DNA of 32,000 nt from assembly GCF_001945605.1 (NCBI RefSeq), contig NZ_MPKA01000139.1:1-32000 (forward strand), given 5' to 3'. Position 1 is the first letter of the stretch; every line of letters starts with the position of its first letter. Shown here in pieces: positions 18,001 to 26,163 of the stretch. Below the pieces are notes generated by a model, which saw only the letters and a list, made by a program, of their open reading frames with translations, was not told the origin of the DNA and did not search any database. Source of the stretch: Dubosiella newyorkensis (GTDB lineage: Bacteria; Bacillota_I; Bacilli_A; Erysipelotrichales; Erysipelotrichaceae). Position numbers and translations under genes: made by a program.

Positions 18001-18025
18001 CAAACTAGAAATAAAATGTTTTAAT
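17997..18025 (+). promoter_or_regulatory. metK promoter GTGACA-17-TTTAAT with TG extension
   Basis: -35 GTGACA at 17997-18002, TGt at 18017-18019, -10 TTTAAT at 18020-18025. The predicted TSS is a few nt before the riboswitch P1. Confidence 0.5.
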
Positions 18026-18037
18026 ACAAGTAAATCG

Positions 18038-18162
18038 AATTATCAAGAGATGGGAGAGAGAGTTAGCTCATTGACACCACGCCAACCTGTACATACAAGG
18101 TGGTCCTGCTAACAACGATAAGAAGTATAGAAAATAAGCGTACTTCGGTACGCTTTTCTTTT
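18038..18162 (+). promoter_or_regulatory. SAM-I (S-box)-like riboswitch aptamer (about 18040-18121) plus intrinsic terminator (18136-18162) in the metK leader
   Basis: S-box landmarks TTATCAAGAGA...GCCAACC...GGTGGTCCTGC...GATAAG. P1 is TTATC/GATAA. P2 is TGG..GAG/CTC..CCA with a GA-rich internal loop. P3 is CCAACC/GGTGG with a bulged A. The P2 loop GTTAG (18062-66) can pair with CTAAC (18109-13) as a pseudoknot. Terminator is AAGCGTAC-ttcg-GTACGCTT followed by a T-run. Confidence 0.7.
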
Positions 18163-18181
18163 ATAAATCAATGGAGGAACT

Positions 18182-19282
18182 ATGAAGAATTATATTTTTA
18201 CGAGTGAAAGTGTAACGGAAGGGCATCCGGACAAGATCTGCGATCAAATCGCCGATGCGATCTTAGATGAAGCGCTTCGGCAAGATCCATATTCGAATAT
18301 GGCTGTTGAGGCGACGATCAAAGATGATTTCGTCTTGATTTATGGAGAAGCGAACACAAAAGCAAACATTGATTATGAAAAGATCGCTCTAGATATGATC
18401 AAAAAAATCGGATACGAGGAAGATTATCAAGTCAAAGTCGTGGTCAACGAACAATCCCCAGAAATCCATAATGCGGTCAATAAAGACGAGATCTGTGCTG
18501 GAGATCAAGGGATCATGTTTGGTTACGCGTGCGACGAAACACCAGAATATATGCCAATGTCAATCTATTACGCGCATCAATTGGCCATGCAGCTCGCGAA
18601 GGTGCGTCGTAAAAATCCGATGCTCAAACCAGATGGAAAGACACAAGTTTCGGTAGAATATGAAAACGATATTCCAAAACGGATCGATGCGATCGTCGTT
18701 TCTTCTCAGCACGATGTTTCGCTTTCTCAAGAGGAATTGAAGAAAATCATCATGGAAGAGGTCATCAAGCCAGTGATCGATCCGGCTTTGCTGGATGAGA
18801 ACACGAAATACTTTATCAATCCATCGGGCAGCTTTGTCGTGGGTGGAAGCTTTGGCGATTCGGGAACGACAGGACGCAAGATCGTATGCGATACCTATGG
18901 AGGACGCGGACGGATCGGCGGAGGCTGCTTCTCTTCAAAAGATCCTACAAAAGTCGATCGTTCGGCGGCTTATTATGCCCGAAAAGTGGCTAAAAATATC
19001 GTGGCCAACAAGCTCGCGAAACGGGCCGAAGTCGAAGTCTCGTACGCGATCGGAAAAAAAGAGCCGATCAGTATTTGTATCGATACATTCGGAAGTGGTG
19101 TGATGGAAGACGAGAAGCTTTTGGAAGTCATCAAGAAGAACTTCAACTTCGATGTCAATAACATTATCAACGATCTCGATCTCCGCAAGCCAATCTACAA
19201 AAAAACGAGCTGTTATGGACATTTTGGCGATCCACAGTTCAGCTGGGAAAAAGTCCAGGAATTGGATACAAACATCGAATAA
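18182..19282 (+). CDS. metK: S-adenosylmethionine synthetase (short, divergent form)
   Basis: FTSESVTEGHPDKICDQIADAILD, GDQGIMFGYA, GRKIVCDTYGG and SKDPTKVDRSAAYYARKVAKNIVA motifs; 366 aa. Confidence 0.92.
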   Translation: MKNYIFTSESVTEGHPDKICDQIADAILDEALRQDPYSNMAVEATIKDDFVLIYGEANTKANIDYEKIALDMIKKIGYEEDYQVKVVVNEQSPEIHNAVNKDEICAGDQGIMFGYACDETPEYMPMSIYYAHQLAMQLAKVRRKNPMLKPDGKTQVSVEYENDIPKRIDAIVVSSQHDVSLSQEELKKIIMEEVIKPVIDPALLDENTKYFINPSGSFVVGGSFGDSGTTGRKIVCDTYGGRGRIGGGCFSSKDPTKVDRSAAYYARKVAKNIVANKLAKRAEVEVSYAIGKKEPISICIDTFGSGVMEDEKLLEVIKKNFNFDVNNIINDLDLRKPIYKKTSCYGHFGDPQFSWEKVQELDTNIE

Positions 19283-19290
19283 TTTGAAAA

Positions 19291-19315
19291 AGAGTCCTGA
19301 AAAGGACTCTTTTTT
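19291..19315. terminator. bidirectional rho-independent terminator between convergent metK and a minus-strand gene
   Basis: AGAGTCC-tgaaaa-GGACTCT flanked by an A-run (19286-90) and T5 (19311-15). Confidence 0.8.
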
Positions 19316-19317
19316 GA

Positions 19318-19773
19318 TCAAAAGAAATAAAGGATATTGAAAAACAGCACAACAAAAAGGAGGATCAAATAGATCGACATCGGCTTGAAGATCAAGTAAA
19401 TCAAACTCCCAAAACACAAAAGCATCATTCCAAACAGCTTTGTAGAACCAGATGTGATCCATAAAATCGTGCAAACCAAAGAGGCAATGATCAAAAACAC
19501 GGACAAGATCTTCATCGCAAGATCATACCTAGGAATCGAGGAGAAGGTTTTAAATTGGACCGATTGCTTAGGAAAAACAGCCATCAGACCCAGTTCAGGC
19601 ATCCAATCCCGCTCATCATAGATCCAGACTGAGTAAGGATCGTGAAGGGCGGGTTCTTCTCCTTTTTTAAATAGCTGGATGTGATCTTTTCCGACTCGTT
19701 GTACAAAGTTGGTATAATCGAGCTCGTTTTCTAAAGTGTCCTGGATGTAGTATGTTTTCATTTTGATTTCCAT
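19318..19773 (-). CDS. hypothetical membrane protein (151 aa; soluble N-terminal half, three C-terminal TM helices)
   Basis: ORF with a strongly hydrophobic C-terminal half. Overlaps the upstream ORF by 16 nt. No recognisable motif. Confidence 0.5.
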   Translation of the reverse strand: MEIKMKTYYIQDTLENELDYTNFVQRVGKDHIQLFKKGEEPALHDPYSVWIYDERDWMPELGLMAVFPKQSVQFKTFSSIPRYDLAMKILSVFLIIASLVCTILWITSGSTKLFGMMLLCFGSLIYLIFKPMSIYLILLFVVLFFNILYFF

Positions 19774-20102
19774 GAACTTTGTTTATGATACACAAAGTAG
19801 AGAGCTATTATAATAATCTGCAGAAAATACACCATCCAATGAACAGGAAAGAAAAACAAATTGCAGACATCAAAGACAATGAGCGAAAAGACGACGATCT
19901 TAAAAGAATCGCGCTCTTTTTGTTTGCGGAGCTCATAATTGGCAGTACAGCCGATCAACAAAAAGATAGGGAGATAGAGCGCGTATCGTGCCCGATCTAA
20001 ATTCTCTAAGTTTTCAAGACAAAATGGCAAGATCACAAGCATGCCTAAGCTCAGCGCGAAAGAGGCGGCAAAGCGCTGGGATGTCGAAAGCGTTTGTTTC
20101 AT
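19758..20102 (-). CDS. hypothetical small membrane protein (114 aa, ~3-4 TM helices)
   Basis: Hydrophobic ORF with RBS AGGAGA 10 nt upstream and its own promoter. Confidence 0.5.
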   Translation of the reverse strand: MKQTLSTSQRFAASFALSLGMLVILPFCLENLENLDRARYALYLPIFLLIGCTANYELRKQKERDSFKIVVFSLIVFDVCNLFFFPVHWMVYFLQIIIIALYFVYHKQSSWKSK

Positions 20103-20147
20103 CGCACGTAATTCTCCTTTCTATAAACGAGATGTTTATTTGTTATT

Positions 20148-20175
20148 ATTATATCTTAGGTTGTATAGATCGCAA
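20148..20175 (-). promoter_or_regulatory. promoter TTGCGA-16-TATAAT (minus strand)
   Basis: The reverse complement of 20170-20175 is TTGCGA and of 20148-20153 is TATAAT. The site lies between the upstream terminator and the 19758-20102 ORF. Confidence 0.55.
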
Positions 20176-20190
20176 AATAGAAAGAAGAAT

Positions 20191-20220
20191 AAAAAAACAA
20201 AAGGTCAGTTTAAACTGACC
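20191..20220 (-). terminator. rho-independent terminator after the thioredoxin-like gene
   Basis: GGTCAG-tttaaa-CTGACC (20203-20220), followed on the minus strand by TTTTGTTTTTTT. Confidence 0.75.
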
Positions 20221-20222
20221 TT

Positions 20223-20675
20223 TTATTGATCGTGCTTATTGATAAATTTTTTAAGAAGCGCATAATCATTTTCCTTCATCGCGCCATAATTATTTGACTC
20301 TTTGAATTTTATGGCTTTCCCCTCCTTAGAAATGTAGAGCAGGGTCGGCACGTATTGCGCGTCATATTTTGTTTCGATCGCTTCCTTTTGGGCATCGGTC
20401 ATTTGATTCACATCGAGATAATAGATCACTAAGCCGCGGTTATCGCGAATGATCGAATTCATACCATCAAAAAATGTACCACAATGAGCGCAATCATCTC
20501 GCGAAATCACAAGGAAATGGTTGGAAAGATCTTGATTTTGCCATTCTTCATACGGGAGATCGACAAAACCGGTTTGTCTCTTGAACGATACAGCGCGCGT
20601 CAAGACAAAAAGAACACAAACACAACAAAGCGCGATCAGAACCGGAATCAGTTTATAGTGCTTTTTCATGAGCAT
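20223..20675 (-). CDS. membrane-anchored thioredoxin-fold protein (CxxC)
   Basis: N-terminal TM anchor (LIPVLIALCCVCVLFVL). The thioredoxin-like core has CAHC in ...LVISRDDCAHCGTF... and a later VPTLLYI strand (cis-Pro region). Confidence 0.7.
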   Translation of the reverse strand: MLMKKHYKLIPVLIALCCVCVLFVLTRAVSFKRQTGFVDLPYEEWQNQDLSNHFLVISRDDCAHCGTFFDGMNSIIRDNRGLVIYYLDVNQMTDAQKEAIETKYDAQYVPTLLYISKEGKAIKFKESNNYGAMKENDYALLKKFINKHDQ

Positions 20676-20741
20676 CTCCCCATTTTTTTACCTAGTTAAA
20701 TTATAACGCAGAATGGAAAAAATGCGATGGAAAAGAAAGGA

Positions 20742-21251
20742 TCATTGAAGCTTCGTTCGATATAACGCCTTTTGAACGATCGGATACGCGACAAAAGCGA
20801 TCACGATTCCAACAAGACTTTGAAGGATGTTTTCAGGAACACCCGAAAGAGCGATGATCGCGCTCCCTTTTAAAAACCATTTCGCAAAAAAGTAGCCAAC
20901 GACCATCACGATCGAACCAGCCCCATAATACGCGAGTCGATACTTCGCTCCAAAGCGATGGAACAAATACGAGATCAAGTACGCCTCGATTCCTTTGATC
21001 AAAAGGGTCCAAATAAAATAATACGCATAACCGCCAGCCAAGTCAGCCATCGCTGAACCAAGACCGCCAACTAGAAAAGCGCCGAAAGGACTCAGTAGTC
21101 CTGCAAACAACATCAAAAAGCCATCTCCCATATTAAAGTAGCCATCCAGCGGATTGGGGATCTTGATAAACATTGTCGCGACAAAGACAAGAGCCATTCC
21201 TAAAGCGGTCAAAACGATTTCATTCGTGGTGTATTTTGTTTTCATACGCAT
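20742..21251 (-). CDS. ECF-transporter S-component-like small integral membrane protein (substrate unknown)
   Basis: 169 aa with ~5-6 TM helices and Gly-rich helices typical of S components (FIKIP....GYFNMGDGFLMLFAGLLSPFGAFLVGGLGSAMADL). No T/A components are adjacent and no recognisable riboswitch lies in its leader. Confidence 0.55.
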   Translation of the reverse strand: MRMKTKYTTNEIVLTALGMALVFVATMFIKIPNPLDGYFNMGDGFLMLFAGLLSPFGAFLVGGLGSAMADLAGGYAYYFIWTLLIKGIEAYLISYLFHRFGAKYRLAYYGAGSIVMVVGYFFAKWFLKGSAIIALSGVPENILQSLVGIVIAFVAYPIVQKALYRTKLQ

Positions 21252-21370
21252 TCTCTCCTTTGATATGCGTTTATCGTAACAAAGAATTGCTCTTTAAAAA
21301 ATATACAAAATCGTAAATAAAAAAGTATACAGAGGGGACAGTTTATAAAATAAAAAAAGGGACAATCGAA

Positions 21371-21410
21371 AATTGAATAAATATGAATCAAATTGAACAA
21401 AAAAGAATAA
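21371..21410 (+). repeat. four tandem 10-bp units AWWWGAAYMA directly upstream of the GRE promoter
   Basis: aattGAATaa / atatGAATca / aattGAACaa / aaaaGAATaa, with the G at 21375, 21385, 21395 and 21405 (exact 10-nt phasing). Confidence 0.6.
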
Positions 21411-21417
21411 AAATCAC

Positions 21418-21446
21418 TTGCAATTGGTCCGAGAAATACTTATAGT
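21418..21446 (+). promoter_or_regulatory. GRE operon promoter TTGCAA-17-TATAGT
   Basis: -35 at 21418-21423 and -10 at 21441-21446. The track ATG 21418 coincides with the -35, so the CDS start is moved to 21475. Confidence 0.6.
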
Positions 21447-21474
21447 GAAGACAGAAAGAAAGAGGATACGATAC

Positions 21475-23739
21475 ATGGCAAAAATCAATATCGATGGCGT
21501 GCAAAACGTTGAGATCTCTAAGAAGATCCCTTGTGAAAAGCCAATCGAACAACAGTTGGAAATCATGGAAAACTATACGCGGACTTATCAAAAGTATATA
21601 GACGCGCCTAAAGCGAAGCGGGAAATCGAATGTCTTAAAACGATCTATCCGATCTTGTTTCGTTCGATCGAAGACGATGATCTGATCGCAGGACGACTTG
21701 ATTTTTTGCCGATCGGCTTTGGCGCTGTCACAAGCGTAGGGGGCGTGGGACACTATTGCGTCTTTCATAAGTTGCGGGCATTCAAAGAAGAGCTTCCACA
21801 AAGTGAATGGGCTCGCGTCGATGCGCTCTACGATTTTTGGCAAGACCACGATGTAAAGACCCTCTATTGTCAAGATATCCTCAACGATACGACGACTGGA
21901 CGCTTTATCGATTGCACCTATCCATTTATGGCGACCGCTCGCCTATCTGGCATGATTCTCGATTATCAAAAACTGGTCACTCAAGGAATCAATGGCATCC
22001 TCCATTCTATCCAAAACGATCAAGAGGATCCGTTCATTCATGGCTGCATCGAAGCTCTCGCTCTTTTCAAAGACGTGATCAAAGCTCAAATCGAATTATG
22101 CGAACAAGCGAAGAAAAACAAAGAACAGTCACGCATCAAACAACTCGAACAAATGCAGGACGATCTAGCCTATTTGTTAGAACACAAGCCAGCCACCTTC
22201 CGTCAAGCCCTCCAGCTCTTCTGGCTGTACGCGCTATGCGCTGGATGCATCAACTATGGCCGATTGGATATCGTTCTTGGTCCATTTTTAAAAAGAGACA
22301 TTGAAACAAAAGAGATCAGCGAAGAAGAAGCGTACGACTTGATTCGATCGTTATGGAAAATGATCGAGAATCGAAGGACGACCGTCAATGGCCGCATCAT
22401 TGTCGGCGGAAAGGGCCGCAAAGATCAAGAGGCCTGCGATCTATTTACCAAACTTTGTTTACGCGTTTGCAAAAACACCCGCTATGTCGAGCCCCAATTC
22501 ACGCTCCGCTTCGACCATGACACCGACCCTGAAATCTTGGATATGGCCTATGATTGCATCGCTTCGGGAGCCACCTATCCTACACTTTACAACGATGATG
22601 TCAACGTCCCAGCCGTCCAATACGCCATGCGTGTATCTGAGGAGATCGCTGAACAATATGTTCCATTTGGATGTGGCGAATTCGTCATCCAAGGAAAAAG
22701 CATCGGAACACCGAATACATTGCTCAATCTCGTCAAGATCTTGCAGCTCGCCCTCAATCAAGGCGTCGATCCGATGGATGGGATCTATAAAGCAGGACCT
22801 GTGGAAGTCAAACCACTTGCTTCCTTTCAAACCTTCGATCAGTTTTATGACCAATACAAAAGGTTGCTCGACTACTATTTTGAATTGAGCGTTCAAGCGC
22901 AAAAGCACAGCTACACGATCATGAATCAAGAAGTTTCGTTTCTATTCAATTCAATCTTGATGGACGATTGTCTTGGACGAAAAAAAGCGCTCTTGGATGG
23001 TGGTGTCGAAATCGTTGGCGGTACCAACGAAACGTATGGGAATATCAACGCGAGCGATGCGCTCTATACGATCAAGACACTCGTTTTTGACCAAAAAAAA
23101 TATATGCTCGATCAACTCAACGAAGCAGCTCTTGCCAACTTTGCCGGCTATGAAAAACTCCATAAAGAAATCATGGCGCTACCTAAGTATGGAAACGATG
23201 AAATGGATTGCGATGAACTTGCCAACGACCTATTTGAATATATTGCCAAAGGAATCCGTCAAAAAGGAATCGATCACGGGATGGATTATTATTTGATCGT
23301 GATTTCCAACAACCAGACCAATACGGATTGGGGACATGAGACACACGCTTCTCTCGATGGACGAAAAAAAGGAGTCTACATGAATCCAGCCAACAATCCA
23401 CAAGGCGGAAATTCAAAAAATGGACCGACGGCCGTATTGAATTCTCTGGCTCGCTTTGATGCCAAATACCATGGGGGAAGCGTGCAAAACATCAAATTCA
23501 CGCCTCGCATGATGCATGAAGATCAAGAAAAGGTCAAAGCGCTCTTCAAAACGTATTTTAAAAAAGGAGGCTGCCAGCTCATGGTCACTGTCGTGGATCG
23601 AGGCGTTCTCGAAGACGCCCAGATCCATCCAGAACTTTATCCTGACTTGATCGTTCGAGTCGCAGGCTATAGCGCGGTGTTTGTCAATTTAGGAAAAGAT
23701 GTGCAGGAAGAACTGCTGAGCCGGACATTGTATGATTAG
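21475..23739 (+). CDS. glycyl radical enzyme, PFL2 (dehydratase/lyase) type, substrate unknown
   Basis: C-terminal glycyl-radical loop LIVRVAGYSAVFVNL and Cys loop PFGCGEFVIQG (Cys-x-Glu); 755 aa. Start ATG 21475 with RBS AGAGGA. Confidence 0.9.
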   Translation: MAKINIDGVQNVEISKKIPCEKPIEQQLEIMENYTRTYQKYIDAPKAKREIECLKTIYPILFRSIEDDDLIAGRLDFLPIGFGAVTSVGGVGHYCVFHKLRAFKEELPQSEWARVDALYDFWQDHDVKTLYCQDILNDTTTGRFIDCTYPFMATARLSGMILDYQKLVTQGINGILHSIQNDQEDPFIHGCIEALALFKDVIKAQIELCEQAKKNKEQSRIKQLEQMQDDLAYLLEHKPATFRQALQLFWLYALCAGCINYGRLDIVLGPFLKRDIETKEISEEEAYDLIRSLWKMIENRRTTVNGRIIVGGKGRKDQEACDLFTKLCLRVCKNTRYVEPQFTLRFDHDTDPEILDMAYDCIASGATYPTLYNDDVNVPAVQYAMRVSEEIAEQYVPFGCGEFVIQGKSIGTPNTLLNLVKILQLALNQGVDPMDGIYKAGPVEVKPLASFQTFDQFYDQYKRLLDYYFELSVQAQKHSYTIMNQEVSFLFNSILMDDCLGRKKALLDGGVEIVGGTNETYGNINASDALYTIKTLVFDQKKYMLDQLNEAALANFAGYEKLHKEIMALPKYGNDEMDCDELANDLFEYIAKGIRQKGIDHGMDYYLIVISNNQTNTDWGHETHASLDGRKKGVYMNPANNPQGGNSKNGPTAVLNSLARFDAKYHGGSVQNIKFTPRMMHEDQEKVKALFKTYFKKGGCQLMVTVVDRGVLEDAQIHPELYPDLIVRVAGYSAVFVNLGKDVQEELLSRTLYD

Positions 23740-24631
23740 ATTAAGCAATATTGAACGATTCGCCACCCACGATGGACCAGGCATCCGAACGACTCTTTTT
23801 TTTAAGGGATGTCATATGCATTGTCCTTGGTGCGCCAATCCAGAAACCTGGAATTTTGAGATCGAATTGCTTCACGATCCAAAAAAATGCACTCAATGCG
23901 CTCGTTGCCAAATCGTTTGTCAAAAACAAGCGATCAAAATCGAGAACGGAAAGTGGAGGCTTCAAAAAAAACAATGCGATCAATGCCGTAAGTGCGAAGA
24001 AGCGTGTTTGAATGATGCGATCACATTTTCAGGAAAAGAGTATTCGATCGAGGAGCTGCAAAGCATCGTCGCCAAAGATCGAGATTTTTATGAAGAAAGT
24101 CATGGGGGCATCACTCTTTCTGGCGGGGAAGTTATGCTTCAGCTTGAGGAAGTCAAAACACTCTTAAAAAAGCTCAAGCAGGAAAACTATCATATCGCTC
24201 TTGAAACCACGGGTAGCTACCCGCTCAGCTCTTTAAAGCAAGTCGTTGAGGATGTGGACTTGTTTTTAATGGATTTCAAACATTTAGATCTAGAAAAGCT
24301 AGAACAGATCACAGGCGCAAATGGAGCGGAAGTGATCGAGAACTTTCAATATTTAGCCAAGCACTATCCCGAAAAAGTGATTCTTCGCATGCCTGTCATT
24401 CCTCGATTCAACGCGGATCGACCAACGATCGAAGCCGTCCTCGATTTTGCTCGCGAATACGGGATCCAAGAAGTCGATCTTTTGCCTTTTCATCCTCTTG
24501 GCGCCAATAAATGGCAGCAGCTCGATCGCTTATATCTATATCAAGAGGAGCCGATGATGGATAAAGAACAGCTCAAACCATATATCGAGCTAGGAAAAAA
24601 GAAAGGCGTCTTCGTGAAAGTAGGTGGATAG
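23732..24631 (+). CDS. glycyl-radical enzyme activating protein (radical SAM)
   Basis: CX3CX2C radical-SAM motif (GCHMHCPWC) and two ferredoxin-type CX2CX2CX3C motifs (CTQCARCQIVC, CDQCRKCEEAC). Also a GGxxLSGGE-type SAM-binding motif (GGITLSGGE). 8-nt overlap with the GRE gene. Confidence 0.92.
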   Translation: MIRLSNIERFATHDGPGIRTTLFFKGCHMHCPWCANPETWNFEIELLHDPKKCTQCARCQIVCQKQAIKIENGKWRLQKKQCDQCRKCEEACLNDAITFSGKEYSIEELQSIVAKDRDFYEESHGGITLSGGEVMLQLEEVKTLLKKLKQENYHIALETTGSYPLSSLKQVVEDVDLFLMDFKHLDLEKLEQITGANGAEVIENFQYLAKHYPEKVILRMPVIPRFNADRPTIEAVLDFAREYGIQEVDLLPFHPLGANKWQQLDRLYLYQEEPMMDKEQLKPYIELGKKKGVFVKVGG

Positions 24632-25414
24632 ATGATCAGTGTACAACGACTAAAATTGATCCAAGAAATGATCGAGAAAAATTCGTTTGTTTCGGTCAAA
24701 GAGATCATGGAACGCTTTGAAGTGTCTCGCTCAAGCGCCATGCGGGATCTGATCGAATTAGAAAATCAAGGCATCGTCATCCGAGAAAGAGGAGGGGCGA
24801 TGTTAAAAGAAAAGGCGGCGACCGTATCGAGTGCCAATGAAGCCGCGATCCGGACCAAAGAAAATCTGCACGCTTCTCAAAAACGAGAAATATGTAAAAT
24901 GGCTTCGCAAACGATCCAAGAAGGAGACTGCATTTATATCGATGGAGGGACGACACCTTTGTTTTTGGCGGAAAAGATCGCGAACATGAAAGTGACGATC
25001 ATCACGCCGAACACGTATTTTTTAGAAAAACTCTCCGTGACATTTCCGGGAACGATCTATTTGCTCGGTGGCGAGTTTGGCCTTGGCCGCGACATGAGCT
25101 ATGGACCTTTGACGATCGAGATGTTGAAGCAGTTCAACTTTGATTTGGCATTTCTATCAACGAACGGGATCGATCTAGAACGAAAAGAAGTCAGCGTTTT
25201 TGATTTCCAAGTGGGAGCTGTCAAAAAAGAAGTGCTGAAACGGTGCAAACACAACCGGCTTCTTGTCGATTCTTCCAAGATCGGAAAGCGCGCGATCTGT
25301 TCGTGGGCACAGCTTGATTCGTTTCAAGATATTTATATGGATACCTGTCCACTAGAGGAACGGCCAGAAAATGTGATCGTCTATGAAGAGAAAGGAAAGA
25401 AAGAGAACGTATGA
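24632..25414 (+). CDS. DeoR/GlpR family transcriptional regulator
   Basis: N-terminal HTH (VSVKEIMERFEVSRSSAMRDLIELENQGIVIR) and C-terminal sugar-phosphate-binding DeoR_C-like domain; 260 aa. Starts immediately after the activase stop. Confidence 0.88.
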   Translation: MISVQRLKLIQEMIEKNSFVSVKEIMERFEVSRSSAMRDLIELENQGIVIRERGGAMLKEKAATVSSANEAAIRTKENLHASQKREICKMASQTIQEGDCIYIDGGTTPLFLAEKIANMKVTIITPNTYFLEKLSVTFPGTIYLLGGEFGLGRDMSYGPLTIEMLKQFNFDLAFLSTNGIDLERKEVSVFDFQVGAVKKEVLKRCKHNRLLVDSSKIGKRAICSWAQLDSFQDIYMDTCPLEERPENVIVYEEKGKKENV

Positions 25415-26163
25415 AAACAACCGACGCAAGAAAAAAAGCGATTTTAGAAAGTATGAAGGGCGGATTGATCGTGAGCTGCCAAGTTCAAAAAGATGATCCG
25501 ATCTATACGGAAGATATGGTCGTGAAAATGGCCGAAGCCGCTCGCTGGGGCGGCGCTGTGGGAATACGTGCTAACTCGCCTGAACAGATCAAGAAGATCA
25601 AAGAAGCAGTGCCAGAACTTCCGATGATCGGTCTTTGGAAAGTTTGGCATGACGATACGGATGTATTCATCACGCCGACGATAAAGGAAGTTAGAGCGAT
25701 CTGGGAGGCGGGCGCCGAGATCATCGCGTTAGATTGCACGGCGCAAATCACCCATGAAGGAAAGCCAGCATGGGATTTGATCAAGCAAGTCAAGCAAGAG
25801 ATCCCGGAAGCGATCGTTTTCGCGGATGTTTCAAATTATGAAGAGGCGAGACGCGCCATTGAAAATGGGGCGGATATCGTGGCGCCAACATTATATGGCT
25901 ATACAAAAGAGACGGCGCATATCGAAGAGCCCGATATGCGGATGTTCGCTAAAATGTGCAAAGACTTTCAAGACGAAGCGTATGTGATGATGGAAGGGCA
26001 TATCTATACGCCAGAGGACGCTATGAAGTGTATCTTTTTAGGCGCGCATAGTGTCGTGGTCGGCAGCGCCATCACACGTCCGCATTTAACGACCAAACGG
26101 TTCACAGATCTACTAGGCAAATACCAAGACAATTGGAGAGAGGCAGAACGGGCGAAACATTAG
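25411..26163 (+). CDS. NanE-family putative (N-acyl)hexosamine-6-phosphate 2-epimerase-like TIM-barrel protein
   Basis: GGLIVSCQ..DDP......V.MAEAA..GGAVGIRANSPEQIKKIKE...LPMIGL.K......DVFITPT..EV......GAEIIALD.T ... VVVGSAITRP...TKRF matches my memory of NanE along the full length. ATGA overlap with the DeoR gene. Confidence 0.8.
   Translation: MKTTDARKKAILESMKGGLIVSCQVQKDDPIYTEDMVVKMAEAARWGGAVGIRANSPEQIKKIKEAVPELPMIGLWKVWHDDTDVFITPTIKEVRAIWEAGAEIIALDCTAQITHEGKPAWDLIKQVKQEIPEAIVFADVSNYEEARRAIENGADIVAPTLYGYTKETAHIEEPDMRMFAKMCKDFQDEAYVMMEGHIYTPEDAMKCIFLGAHSVVVGSAITRPHLTTKRFTDLLGKYQDNWREAERAKH

Noticed and set aside
21252-21400. Possible riboswitch in the ~150-nt leader of the ECF-S-component-like gene (minus strand). 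Many S-component genes are riboswitch controlled.
   Set aside because: Reading the reverse complement, I found none of the conserved cores I know (TPP, FMN, preQ1, cobalamin, THF). The region is AT-rich with little stem potential. The repeats there are better explained as protein-binding sites and are reported separately.
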